64,000 nucleotides of DNA from NCBI GenBank assembly GCA_965214345.1, contig CBDCBJ010000005.1, positions 11,744 through 75,743 of the forward strand. The letters run 5' to 3'. Below, one piece after another: positions 39,553 to 48,454 of the stretch (positions within the stretch are counted from its first letter, which is position 1; every line of letters starts with the position of its first letter). The notes below the pieces were generated by a model, which ran no database searches, was not told the DNA's origin, and worked only from the letters and a program-made list of their open reading frames with translations. The stretch is from Lichenihabitans sp. Lineage in GTDB: Bacteria > Pseudomonadota > Alphaproteobacteria > Rhizobiales > Beijerinckiaceae. The position numbers were made by a program, and so were the translations under genes.

Positions 39553-40164
39553 ATGAACGTCGCTCTCATCGGCGCCACCGGTCGCGGCGGCTCGTGCATT
39601 CTGACCGAACTCGTCGACCGCGGTCACCGGGTCACCGCGATCGTGCGGCACGCGGAGAAGGTCCCTGCGCTGCCCGGCGTCGCCGCGCAGCAAGGCGATG
39701 CCTGCGACGGCGACGCGCTCAGGACGCTGATCGCCGGGCATGATGCCGTCATCAGCGCGGTGCAGTTCGTCCCTACGGGCTCGGAAACGCTGATCGCCGC
39801 CGTACGCGACTCGGGCGTGCCGCGGTTCATCGTCATGGGCGGTGCCGCGGGCCTCGAAACCGCGCCTGGCGTCAAGCTGATCGACAGCCCGCATTTTCCG
39901 CCTGAGTATCGGGCGGAGGCAACCAAGGCCATCGCCTTCCTCAAGCTCCTGAAGCAGGAGCCCAACCTCGACTGGACCTTCGTCTCCCCCGCCGCGCTGA
40001 TCGAGCATGGCGAGCGTACGGCCACGTTCCGTATCGGCGGCGATCAGCTGCTGACCGACGCCGACGGCAATAGCCGGATCACCTTCGAGGACTATGCCAT
40101 CGCGCTGGTCGACGAGCTCGAGAGCCACGCCCATCCGCGCCAGCGGATCAGCGTCGCTTACTAA
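39553..40164 (+). CDS. NAD(P)H-binding (atypical SDR / NmrA-like) oxidoreductase
   Basis: 203-aa ORF MNVALIGATGRGGSCILTELVDRGHRVTAIVR... Divergent from the HxlR gene, which is a common pairing. Confidence 0.85.
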   Translation: MNVALIGATGRGGSCILTELVDRGHRVTAIVRHAEKVPALPGVAAQQGDACDGDALRTLIAGHDAVISAVQFVPTGSETLIAAVRDSGVPRFIVMGGAAGLETAPGVKLIDSPHFPPEYRAEATKAIAFLKLLKQEPNLDWTFVSPAALIEHGERTATFRIGGDQLLTDADGNSRITFEDYAIALVDELESHAHPRQRISVAY

Positions 40165-40165
40165 G

Positions 40166-40936
40166 GTGACGGCACCGGACGTCTCTTCGGCCGCCGAACT
40201 GCGCGCGCGGCTCGCCGGACCGGGCCTGTCGTTCGCGTGGTTCTCGATCGGCTCGGTGCCGGTCCTCGAGATCGGTGCGCGCCACGGCTGCGATGCCGCG
40301 GTGATCGACCTGCAGCACGGCCTGTGGGACCGGATGACGACCCATCTCGCCGTCAGTGCGCTGCCCGACGTGCCGGTCGTCGTGCGGGTCGCGGCAATCT
40401 CAACCGCGGCGATCGGCGAAGCGCTCGACAGCGGCGCCGTCGGCATCCTCGTCCCCCTCGTCGAGACCGCGGAGCAAGCAGAGGCGGCGGTCGCCGCCGC
40501 GACCTTCCCGCCCCACGGCAACCGCTCCGGCGGCGGGGTGCGGCCACTGGCGCAGGGTTTTCCGAGCTATGTCGCGACGCATTCACGACCCTTGATCGGA
40601 TTGATGATCGAAACCGTCGCGGGCGTCGACAACGCCGCGGCGATCGCCGCGGTGCCGGGTGTCGACTTCGTCTTCATCGGTACGGGCGACCTTGCCCTTT
40701 CGCTCGGCTGTTTTCCGGCGCGCGACGAGCGGCACGAGCAGGCGTGTCATGCGGTTCGATCGGCCTGCCGCGACGCCGGTGTGCCGTGCGGCATCTTCAC
40801 GCTCGATGCCGCCGCAGCGCGGTCGCGCCGCGAGCAGGGCTTCGCGGCGACGGTTGCGGCCAACGACATCGATATCATCGCCCGCGGGTTCGCCCGGGCG
40901 CACGAGTCCCTCAATCCATCGAAAGGTACGACATGA
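40166..40936 (+). CDS. HpcH/HpaI-family class II aldolase / citrate-lyase-beta-like protein
   Basis: In-frame part of ORF 40094..40936 starting at the GTG at 40166, 2 nt after the upstream stop. Strings IDLQHG, VVRV, ILVPLVETAEQA, LIGLMIETVAGVDNAAAIAAVPGVDFVFIGTGDLALSLG. Confidence 0.72.
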   Translation: MTAPDVSSAAELRARLAGPGLSFAWFSIGSVPVLEIGARHGCDAAVIDLQHGLWDRMTTHLAVSALPDVPVVVRVAAISTAAIGEALDSGAVGILVPLVETAEQAEAAVAAATFPPHGNRSGGGVRPLAQGFPSYVATHSRPLIGLMIETVAGVDNAAAIAAVPGVDFVFIGTGDLALSLGCFPARDERHEQACHAVRSACRDAGVPCGIFTLDAAAARSRREQGFAATVAANDIDIIARGFARAHESLNPSKGTT

Positions 40937-41430
40937 ATAAGATCATAAGTATGACCGTTGCCGCCGGCCTGCTCACCGCCGCGTCGGTCGTCTCCGCCCA
41001 GTCTGCGGTCGTCCCGGTGGCCGACCCCGACGCCCTATTCTACACGTCCGATCCAGCGCTCAAGGTCAACAAGACGGCAGCCTATCACATCGTCAAGGAC
41101 CTGCTGGAGGCCAATCACTGGGAACTGGCGGACAAGTATATCGCGCAGGATTACATCCAGCACAATCCGCAGGTGAAGTCGGGTCTGCAGCCGGTCATCG
41201 ACTATTTTACGAAGGCTCTCGGCCTGAAGCCGACGCCCATTCCCGCGCATCTCACCACGCAGCTGGTGTCGGTCGTCGCCGAGGGCGACAAGGTCATCGT
41301 CGCCTACGTCATTCCGGTCAAGGATGCGAAGGATCCGACCAGGACCTATACCACGACGAGTTTCGACATGTGGCGCTTCAGGGATGGCAAGGCCGTCGAG
41401 CATTGGGACGTCCACACCAAGGACGACTGA
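40933..41430 (+). CDS. Secreted SnoaL-like / NTF2-fold protein
   Basis: Credible 3' part of ORF 40237..41430. The ATG at 40933 overlaps the aldolase stop (ATGA). Signal peptide MNKIISMTVAAGLLTAASVVSAQS, followed by YIAQDYIQHNP..., typical of SnoaL-like polyketide-cyclase-fold proteins. Confidence 0.7.
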   Translation: MNKIISMTVAAGLLTAASVVSAQSAVVPVADPDALFYTSDPALKVNKTAAYHIVKDLLEANHWELADKYIAQDYIQHNPQVKSGLQPVIDYFTKALGLKPTPIPAHLTTQLVSVVAEGDKVIVAYVIPVKDAKDPTRTYTTTSFDMWRFRDGKAVEHWDVHTKDD

Positions 41431-41560
41431 TCGGTCGGCGCGAGGCATCGAGGCTGCGAGGGGAACGGCGGCGGGTACCATGCAAGGACCAGCCGCTCCG
41501 TCGTGTGGCTGATTGGCCCGCTCCCGTCGCGTCCTGTCTCCGTCGGCTTAATGGCACACG

Positions 41561-42700
41561 ATGCTTCGCTTCGATCCCGATCAGCCGTTTGTCCTGCTCG
41601 ACTCGGGGACCGCCGGTGACGGTGCCCAGCTGTTCACTCGTCTGGGTGATGTCATCGCCGCGACGACAGGCGACGAGGTTCGGCCTGCCCTCGACCGGTT
41701 GCGGACCACGACTGGCCACCGCGCCGGATTCATCGGGTTTGACGCTGGCTATGCCCTCGAAGCGACGCTCGCCTCGCGCCTGTCGACCGCCGGTGACGGC
41801 CTCCCCTTGCTGTGGTTCGGCGTCTTCGCGCGCGCCGTCGCTGCCGACCCGAATGAATTGCTCGCCGCCGAGGCCTGCGACGTCGGTCCGCTGACGTGTA
41901 CGGTCCGCGAACGCGACTATGCCGCCTGCGTCGCCAGCATCCTCGAACAGATTGCCGCCGGTGACCTGTACCAGGCAAACATCACCTTCCAAGCTAGCGT
42001 TGCGCTTACCGGCACACCACTGGCCCTGTATCGACGCCTCCGCATTGCGGCTGCCGCGCCGTTTGGGGCTCTGGTCAATACCGGCAGCGCGTGGCTGCTC
42101 AGTCTCTCCCCCGAACTCTTCTTTCGCCTTCGACACGACGAGGTCACGACCCGGCCGATAAAGGGACCGCCCGGCGCGGGCACACCGCAGCAAGCGACGA
42201 TGCGGCGGCGCTGGCGCTTGCGACCGATCCGAAGAATCTCGCCGAGAAACTTGATGATCGTCGATCTGCTCCGCAACGACCTCGCACGTATTGCCGAGCC
42301 GGGGTTGGTCCGCGTTCCCGCTTTATTCGCGATCGAACGCTACCCGACTTTGCTCCAGATTACGTCGACCGTCACCGCCGTTACGCGGTGCGATGCGGTC
42401 GAGGTGCTCGGCGCGCTGTTCCCCTGCGGGTCGGTCACGGGGGCGCCAAAGATAGCCGCCATGCACGCGATCGCCGAGGTCGAAGGCGTCGGACGCGGCG
42501 TCTATACCGGCAGCATCGGCGCCATCGACGCCGCTGGCGACGCCGTCTTCAACGTGGCGATCCGAACCCTCGTCATCACGTGCCCGACCCAGGCTTCGAT
42601 CGGCCTCGGTGCCGGCATCGTCGCCGACAGCATTGCCGCCGACGAGTGGCTCGCGTGCCTCGCGAAAGCCGCCTTTCTTCATCGCGATATGCCGTCATGA
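41561..42700 (+). CDS. pabB: Aminodeoxychorismate synthase component I-like (chorismate-binding enzyme) with an internally out-of-frame segment
   Basis: 379-aa intact ORF with chorismate-enzyme motifs (LYQANITFQ, SLSPELFFR, TRPIKG, NLMIVDLLRNDL, FPCGSVTGAPK, GVYTGSIG, GAGIVADS). Between about 42166 and 42249 the conserved reading (GTARRGHTAASDDAAALALATDPKNLAE) is in another frame; see findings. Confidence 0.75.
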   Translation: MLRFDPDQPFVLLDSGTAGDGAQLFTRLGDVIAATTGDEVRPALDRLRTTTGHRAGFIGFDAGYALEATLASRLSTAGDGLPLLWFGVFARAVAADPNELLAAEACDVGPLTCTVRERDYAACVASILEQIAAGDLYQANITFQASVALTGTPLALYRRLRIAAAAPFGALVNTGSAWLLSLSPELFFRLRHDEVTTRPIKGPPGAGTPQQATMRRRWRLRPIRRISPRNLMIVDLLRNDLARIAEPGLVRVPALFAIERYPTLLQITSTVTAVTRCDAVEVLGALFPCGSVTGAPKIAAMHAIAEVEGVGRGVYTGSIGAIDAAGDAVFNVAIRTLVITCPTQASIGLGAGIVADSIAADEWLACLAKAAFLHRDMPS

Positions 42701-42915
42701 TCATCGAGACGATGCGGATCGACAGCTTTATCGTCCGTGAACTGGCCCGGCATCTCGCCCGCGCGGCCGCCACGGCTCGGTTTCTTGGCTATCGCTTCGA
42801 CTTGCACGCTGTCGAGTCCGCGGTTCGCACGGCGGCCGCGACGGCAGGGACAGGCAGACTGCGACTGCTGATCGACAAGAACGGGTCACCGGCGATCACG
42901 CTGGAGCCTCTGCCT
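42697..42915 (+). pseudogene. 5' stub of a PabC-like class-IV aminotransferase-fold gene (aminodeoxychorismate lyase-like)
   Basis: The ATG at 42697 overlaps the pabB stop (ATGA). MIIETMRIDSFIVRELARHLARAAATARFLGYRFD...GRLRLLIDKNGSPAITLEPLP matches the N-terminus of the short PabC-like proteins that follow pabB in alphaproteobacteria. After about 73 codons the frame turns into Gly/Arg/Pro junk, and the usual HKTT.R core is absent. Confidence 0.45.
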
Positions 42916-43105
42916 GGTCGGGGTCCTTCCCGAGGAGGTCTCGCTCGCCCGCAGCTATTGGATGGTGGCGGATCGGGACATGGCCGAAACGCCGGTCGTG
43001 CGGCTGACCCGGCGCTTCCTACGATCGCTCCTGGCGGAGACCAACGGCTTCTTCACCGCGGCTGGACCTGTCCCGGCCGCCACCCCCGGTTCCGAGGAGC
43101 TCTAG
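42911..43105 (+). pseudogene. Possible C-terminal remnant of a LysR/GcvA-type regulator
   Basis: Hand translation of another frame gives ...LVGVLPEEVSLARSYWMVADRDMAETPVVRLTRRFLRSLLAETNGFF...*. This resembles the ..YyLV.p......p.v..F..WLl.E end of GcvA-like LysR proteins. There is no start codon and no N-terminal domain. Confidence 0.3.
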
Positions 43106-43140
43106 GCCCGACGTTTCGTGTGCCCGATTGTCGGCGAACG

Positions 43141-44403
43141 CTACCTGGCTCCCGAGGGGCGGGGTGACCGGATGAGCGCGCACAGCAGGGCGCAGATCGC
43201 CAGGCTGCCGCCGATCGCCGCAAAGAGTACCGCCGGATGGCCGGCCGCCACTATCGCGGCGCCGAGGAACGAGGAGGCGATTGCGCCAACGCGCGCAGCC
43301 GCGAGTGCCGCGCCGACGCCGGTACCGCGCACCTCCGCCGCATAGGTCTCCGAGACGTACGCCACGAGGGCCGACATGGTGGCGACTGCGAACAGTCCCT
43401 GCAGCCCCATCGAGGCGACGAGGAGCGGCTGGACGGTCCCCGGGGAGCGTAGGAGGAGGCTCGGCACGACGGCCCATGCGGCGCCGAGCAGCCCCACCGC
43501 GATCAATGGCCTACGGACTCCGAACCGGCCGATCACCACGCCCATGGTCAGCCCACCCGCGATGCCCGCGAGATTGAAGGCGGCGAGCGTCATGCCTGCG
43601 ATCCGCATCGGCAGACCCGTGCCGGCGAGGGCGGCGGGCAGCCATGTCGGGACGAGGTATAGGCCCAGGTACAGCAGCGCGAAGCAGGTCCAGAACATCA
43701 GCGTCGTGCGGCCCCGACCTCCGGCGAAGAGTGCAGAAAGGGCTTCCGACACCGCTGCGCGGCGCCGGGACGTCGGCGGCATGGCGGTCCGGTCCACCCG
43801 GACGAGCAGCATCACCAGGGCTGCGAGGAGGATGGGCAGGAGACCGCCGACCAGCATCAGTGCGCGCCAGCCCCGCGTTGCGAGGACGGCGCCTGCGAGG
43901 AGACCCGCGGCGACGCCGCCCACCTGCATGGCGGTTCCGACGCTCGCCAGCCAGAAAACCCGGCGGCCCGGCGGCGCGTGGACCGCGAGTAAGCTAAGCG
44001 CGTTTGGCAGAGCTCCGCCCAGACCGATCCCTGCGAGAAACCGAAGCGACGACAGCGCCGACATGCCGTCGGCGACGCAGAGCAGCGCCGTCGCCATGCC
44101 GAACAGCAGCGTGCTCGCGACTAGCATCCGCCGGGCGCCGTGACGGTCCCCCATCGCGCCCAGCACGCTCGTCCCGATGCCCATGCCGACGAGGCCGAGC
44201 GCGGTGGGCACCACGAACGCGCTAGACGGGAGGCCCCATTCACGGCTGATAGCAGGCACCGCCAAGCCTAGGATCGGGACGTCCAGACCGTCGAGGGCCG
44301 CGACCGCTAGGCAGAGCCCGACGACGAGGGTGGGCGAACGTGCGGAGCCGTCCCCACCCGAAGGGCTGTCCCTCAACCCGGCCCGCCCCGAGCGCACGCT
44401 CAC
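43141..44403 (-). CDS. MFS transporter (aromatic-acid/H+ symporter-like)
   Basis: 420-aa hydrophobic ORF with the MFS loop motif GAMGDRHGARRML. Its GTG start overlaps the stop of the upstream ALDH (GTGA). Confidence 0.85.
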   Translation of the reverse strand: MSVRSGRAGLRDSPSGGDGSARSPTLVVGLCLAVAALDGLDVPILGLAVPAISREWGLPSSAFVVPTALGLVGMGIGTSVLGAMGDRHGARRMLVASTLLFGMATALLCVADGMSALSSLRFLAGIGLGGALPNALSLLAVHAPPGRRVFWLASVGTAMQVGGVAAGLLAGAVLATRGWRALMLVGGLLPILLAALVMLLVRVDRTAMPPTSRRRAAVSEALSALFAGGRGRTTLMFWTCFALLYLGLYLVPTWLPAALAGTGLPMRIAGMTLAAFNLAGIAGGLTMGVVIGRFGVRRPLIAVGLLGAAWAVVPSLLLRSPGTVQPLLVASMGLQGLFAVATMSALVAYVSETYAAEVRGTGVGAALAAARVGAIASSFLGAAIVAAGHPAVLFAAIGGSLAICALLCALIRSPRPSGAR

Positions 44404-45875
44404 CCGATCGACGCTGGCACCTGATCGAGCACAATCGACTTACCCTCCAGATATGGGCGCAGGCCCTCGATGCCACCCTCGCGGCCGATCCCCGACTGCT
44501 TATAGCCACCCACGCCCATCTCCATCGCCTCCATCGCCAAGCCGTTGTGCATCACGACCCCGCTCTTGAAGCCGCGCGCCACGCGGTAGGCGCGCTCGGG
44601 GTCGTCGGTGAACACGGCGGCGTTCAGGCCGTAGATCGAGTCGTTCGCGATCTCGACGGCCTGCCGCTCGTCGTCTGCGGAGATGACCGAGATGACGGGA
44701 CCGAAGATCTCCTCCTGGGCGATCGTGGACGAGTTGTCGACGTGTGCGAACACGGTCGGCTCCACGAAGAAACCGCGGTTGAGGTGCGCCGGCCGTCCGC
44801 CACCGGACACGAGCTTGGCTCCGCCGGCCCGCCCCTTCTCCACATAGCCCTCGACCCTCGCGCGGTGGTGCTCGGTCGCCAGCGGCCCCATGTGCGTGTC
44901 CTGGTCGAACGGATCGCCGATGGCGAAGCTGTTGAAGCGTGCGCTCAGCGCCTCGGCGAAGGCGTCATGGCGCGCGCGGGGCACGATGACACGGGTTAGG
45001 GCGAAGCAGACCTGTCCCGTGAGGAACGCGGTCCCGTAGGCGATCGTGTCCGCCACCTTGTCGATGTCGTAGTCGTCAAGGACGACCGCTGCCGACTTCC
45101 CGCCAAGCTCCAGGGTGGTGCGGGCCATCCGCTCGCCGCAGATGGACGCGATGCGGCGCCCGGCCGAGGTCGACCCGGTGAAGGCGACCTTGTCGACCCC
45201 CGCATGGCGGACGAGGTGCTCCGACACCTCCCGGTCCGCAGTGACGACGTTGACGACGCCCGGCGGCAGGCCGATGGCCTCGCAAGCCTCCGCCAGGATG
45301 TATGCCGAGCCCGGCGCCTCCGGCGAGGCCTTGAGAATGAAGGTGCAACCGGCAAGGAGCCCTGGGGCCAGCTTGAAGACCGCCAGCATGTGCGGCCCGT
45401 TCCACGGCACGATGGCGGCGACGACGCCCACAGGCTCGTGGACGAGGAGGCCCGGCTTGCCGCTCGAAAGCGCGTGGCGCTCGACGAAGGGGAACTTGTC
45501 CGCGAGGCCCGCATAGTAGCTGAAGAGGTAGTTGACGTTCTGCGTCGTCGGCAATGCGGCGGCGTAGGTGACGCCCGACTCGATCGTCCAAGTCTCTGCG
45601 AGGTGCGGCGCGCGTTCCTGGAGCTCGGCGGTCAACCGGTTCAGGTAGCCCGCCCGCTCGGCGTGGCTCATCCTTGGCCAAGGCCCCTTGTCGAACGCCT
45701 GGCGCGCGGCCTCCACCGCGCGCTCGATGTCGGCCTTCTGCGCCTCGGCGACGGTGGCGAACACCTCCTCCGTGGTGCAGTCGAGGACGTCGATTGTCGA
45801 GCGGCTCGAGGGCGCCACCCACTCGCCTGCGATGAAGAGAGAGCGGGGGTGGCGAAAGGAAGGTGTTCTGGTCAC
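44400..45875 (-). CDS. NAD(P)-dependent aldehyde dehydrogenase (paralogue of 10688..12157)
   Basis: 491-aa ORF with ELGGKSA, FTGSTSAG, GQVCFALTR and EEIFGPV. It is visibly co-linear with the fer-linked ALDH. Confidence 0.9.
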   Translation of the reverse strand: MTRTPSFRHPRSLFIAGEWVAPSSRSTIDVLDCTTEEVFATVAEAQKADIERAVEAARQAFDKGPWPRMSHAERAGYLNRLTAELQERAPHLAETWTIESGVTYAAALPTTQNVNYLFSYYAGLADKFPFVERHALSSGKPGLLVHEPVGVVAAIVPWNGPHMLAVFKLAPGLLAGCTFILKASPEAPGSAYILAEACEAIGLPPGVVNVVTADREVSEHLVRHAGVDKVAFTGSTSAGRRIASICGERMARTTLELGGKSAAVVLDDYDIDKVADTIAYGTAFLTGQVCFALTRVIVPRARHDAFAEALSARFNSFAIGDPFDQDTHMGPLATEHHRARVEGYVEKGRAGGAKLVSGGGRPAHLNRGFFVEPTVFAHVDNSSTIAQEEIFGPVISVISADDERQAVEIANDSIYGLNAAVFTDDPERAYRVARGFKSGVVMHNGLAMEAMEMGVGGYKQSGIGREGGIEGLRPYLEGKSIVLDQVPASIG

Positions 45876-45930
45876 GAGTGGTCTCCGATGCGGGTGTGGT
45901 CTGTGGCGCGGGCGGTTGCGGCGGGGAAGG

Positions 45931-46368
45931 TCAAGCCGGCAGGCCGATCGCGGCCAAAGCCTGCTCGGCGACCGTCACGTCCTGGGTGTGGCTGCCACCC
46001 GAGACGCCGAGCCCGCCGATGACGCGTCCGTCCTCGATGATCGGGAAGCCTCCGGCGACGCCGAGCAGCCGGGGGTGGGTCGATAGCGGCGCCACTGCCG
46101 GCTCGCCGCTGAGAACGGCGTTCCACACGTGCGTCGCCATGCCTGAGGAGACCGCCGTCCATGCCTTGTCGATGGCTACGTCCACGGCGAGGAAGCGCGC
46201 GCCGTCGGTGCGCTCGAACGCGACCAGCTGGCCAGCGCCGTCGGTTACGGCCACCGCGATCTCGACGGCGTTCGCCGCCGCGGCTTCGACCGCCGCGCGC
46301 ACCAATGAGGAGGCCGCTTCGCGGGTGAGTGTCGGGACGGCGACGGACATCTTCTGCTTGGAAGTCAA
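45931..46368 (-). CDS. GlcG/HbpS-like haem-binding protein (DUF336)
   Basis: 145-aa ORF with ...AVTDGAGQLVAFERTDGA...ID.A..KA.TA... GG.PI...G..IGG.GVSGG, the DUF336 pattern. TTG start with GAGGAGAG RBS. Confidence 0.8.
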   Translation of the reverse strand: MTSKQKMSVAVPTLTREAASSLVRAAVEAAAANAVEIAVAVTDGAGQLVAFERTDGARFLAVDVAIDKAWTAVSSGMATHVWNAVLSGEPAVAPLSTHPRLLGVAGGFPIIEDGRVIGGLGVSGGSHTQDVTVAEQALAAIGLPA

Positions 46369-46413
46369 GGGAAACTCTCCTCGTGTGGCGTTGTGGTTGC
46401 CGGGCGCCGTCGA

Positions 46414-47412
46414 TCAGGCGACGGAAAGGCGGACCGGATACTTCTGAATGTCGCGTTCTGACCCGTCCCAGGCGGTGAAGCCGAGCCAATCTTTGAACGT
46501 CATCAGCCCGGGGTGGAGCCGCTTCAGCAGAGCCATGTCGCGATCGGCGGCGAGCAGGTCGCGCTCCTGGAAGAACTCCATCATGGCGGCGAGGTCGTGG
46601 CCGATGTCGGGGATCGAGGCCCGCACCATGTCCAGCGGCACCGAGACGTACCGGCTGGCTGTGCCAGTCGCCTCCTCGAACTGCCTCGCGATCTCCCCAC
46701 CGGTCGGATTGTCGGCCACCACGGACAGGTCGCGCGCGCCCCAGCCTTGCCAGTTCGCGAACATGTGCGCGGCGTACCAGGCGATGTCCTCAAGGCTGAT
46801 CAGCGGGTATCGCCCTTCGCCGAGCGGCAGGTAGAAGGTAAATCCGTCGCGCCCGTCACCCAGATCGCCGCGCTTGGGAGCCAGCCGCAGCTGCAGGTTC
46901 TCCATGTACGGCGCGGTCACCAGGGTGGAGACGTGCTCGGTGAACCAGCCGTCCGCCGTTTTGCGCATCATCTCCTCGGAGCGATGCAGGTTGATGTAGG
47001 CGGCGACGGCGGCCTTGCTGTCGTAGTGCGGGACCGGCACCCTCCCGTCGGTGAGCGTAATCGCGCTGTCGAGCGACGACCAGATGAACTTGTCGACGCC
47101 CGCGGCCCTGGCGGACTCCAGGATCGCCACGCCGTGCCGGTATTCCCCGATCGCGCTGTCGGTGGTCGCGAAGTCAGTGTTACAGAAGACGCCGTCGGCG
47201 CCTGCCAGCGCCGCCTCGACCGTGGCGATGTCGCCGACATCGCCTTTGACGAGATCAATCCGGCCTCCCCCCTGCGCGACGAGGTCGCGGGCCTGGCTGG
47301 AAGTGGGGTCGCGGGTGAGGACTCTCACCTGATAGCTCCCCGAATCCGCCAGGCGTAGGGCCACACGGCTGCCCATCGCACCGGTCCCCCCGATCACCAG
47401 AATCTTCTTCAT
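46414..47412 (-). CDS. NmrA-family NAD(P)-binding protein
   Basis: ORF trimmed to the ATG at 47412 (GAAGGAA RBS): MKKILVIGGTGAMGSRVALRLADSG... Confidence 0.85.
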   Translation of the reverse strand: MKKILVIGGTGAMGSRVALRLADSGSYQVRVLTRDPTSSQARDLVAQGGGRIDLVKGDVGDIATVEAALAGADGVFCNTDFATTDSAIGEYRHGVAILESARAAGVDKFIWSSLDSAITLTDGRVPVPHYDSKAAVAAYINLHRSEEMMRKTADGWFTEHVSTLVTAPYMENLQLRLAPKRGDLGDGRDGFTFYLPLGEGRYPLISLEDIAWYAAHMFANWQGWGARDLSVVADNPTGGEIARQFEEATGTASRYVSVPLDMVRASIPDIGHDLAAMMEFFQERDLLAADRDMALLKRLHPGLMTFKDWLGFTAWDGSERDIQKYPVRLSVA

Positions 47413-47443
47413 GTCATTTCCTTCGCGAATGGCGGACAGGCAG

Positions 47444-48440
47444 TCATCGACCGCCGAAGCCAAGGACGTCGGAAACAGGTTCTCCCGTCCCCTTTGCTTC
47501 GCGGGCTTCCGCCCGGATGTATCCGTACAGCAGGCGCACCTCCTCGGGGATCAGATCCTGGAAACCGGGCATTCTGTTCGGTTCCAGCCCTCCATCGGCG
47601 AGCAGCTTGGCGAATGAGGAATATTCGGACGCGATGCCTGCCTCCCGAAGGTCAGGTGCCAAGCCGGACGATCTAATTCCGAGACCGTGGCACACCGCGC
47701 AGGTCACCCCGAAGTTCATCGCGCCCGCAGGGATCTGGGCGTAGTCAATCGTCAGATCGGGCTTGTCGAGCGCGGCGACGCTCAGATCTCTGGGCGCCGT
47801 CGCGGGTAGTGCCGCCTTCCCGCCGAGCGCGAACGTCAGCAGGCACCGGGGCTGCGCGCCATACTTCGAGCCGTGACTAACCAGGTCGGTCCCAAGCCCC
47901 ACGGCTCCGCCCCAACCAACAAGGATCGAGACATATTGCCGATCATTCATGGCGTAGGTAATCGGCGCCCCGATGATTCCGAGCTTCGCGTCAAACTTCC
48001 AAAGCTCCGTCCCGCTCCTGGCATCGTAGGCATGCAGGATGCCCTCGCCGTCTCCCGCGAACACCAGATTGCCCGCAGTGGCGAGAGTTCCCCCGTTCCA
48101 TAGGTGGGAGTACTTCACGCGCCAGGCCGCCTTGCGCTTGAGGGGGTCCCACGCGACCACCCCGCCGGTCCAGTCCTCAGCGTCCGGCTTCATCAATCTG
48201 ATCGCCGTCGCGCCCGCGGACGGCATCCTGGGACTGCGCGACATCGGATGTTCGACGAGAGCGTCCATGCTGCCGTATTTGGCCCCCATCTGGATGGTGG
48301 CACGTTGAGGAGCCCCGTGGTCGGACTGAACAACATCGGGTACCGGTTGTGCATGCTCAGTGGTCCCGGCCACATCGTAACCGGCCCGTTCTCGTAGCGG
48401 ATGTTCGCGGCTTCGACAGGCCGGCCGGTCCTCAGTCGTT
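47444..48440 (-). pseudogene. Remnant of a type-II quinohaemoprotein (PQQ plus cytochrome c) alcohol dehydrogenase: 5'-truncated and frameshifted
   Basis: The C-terminal propeller blades and cytochrome c domain are readable in ORF 47444..48454 (AWDPLKRKAAWRV, WNGGTLATAGNLVF, haem site CAVCHG). The preceding segment (GRPVEAANIRYENGPVTMWPGPLSMHNRYPMLFSPTTGLL) sits in a different frame (ORF 48193..48375 and upstream), with the switch near 48295-48301. The first 300 or more residues of such enzymes are absent; the upstream glcG-like gene ends at 48455. Confidence 0.7.
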
Positions 48441-48454
48441 GTCGCTACCCTCAC

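Noticed and set aside
39517-40521. 334-aa minus-strand ORF
   Set aside because: It is antisense to the NAD(P)H-binding and aldolase genes and has a low-complexity Ala/Arg/Ser/Thr-rich translation.
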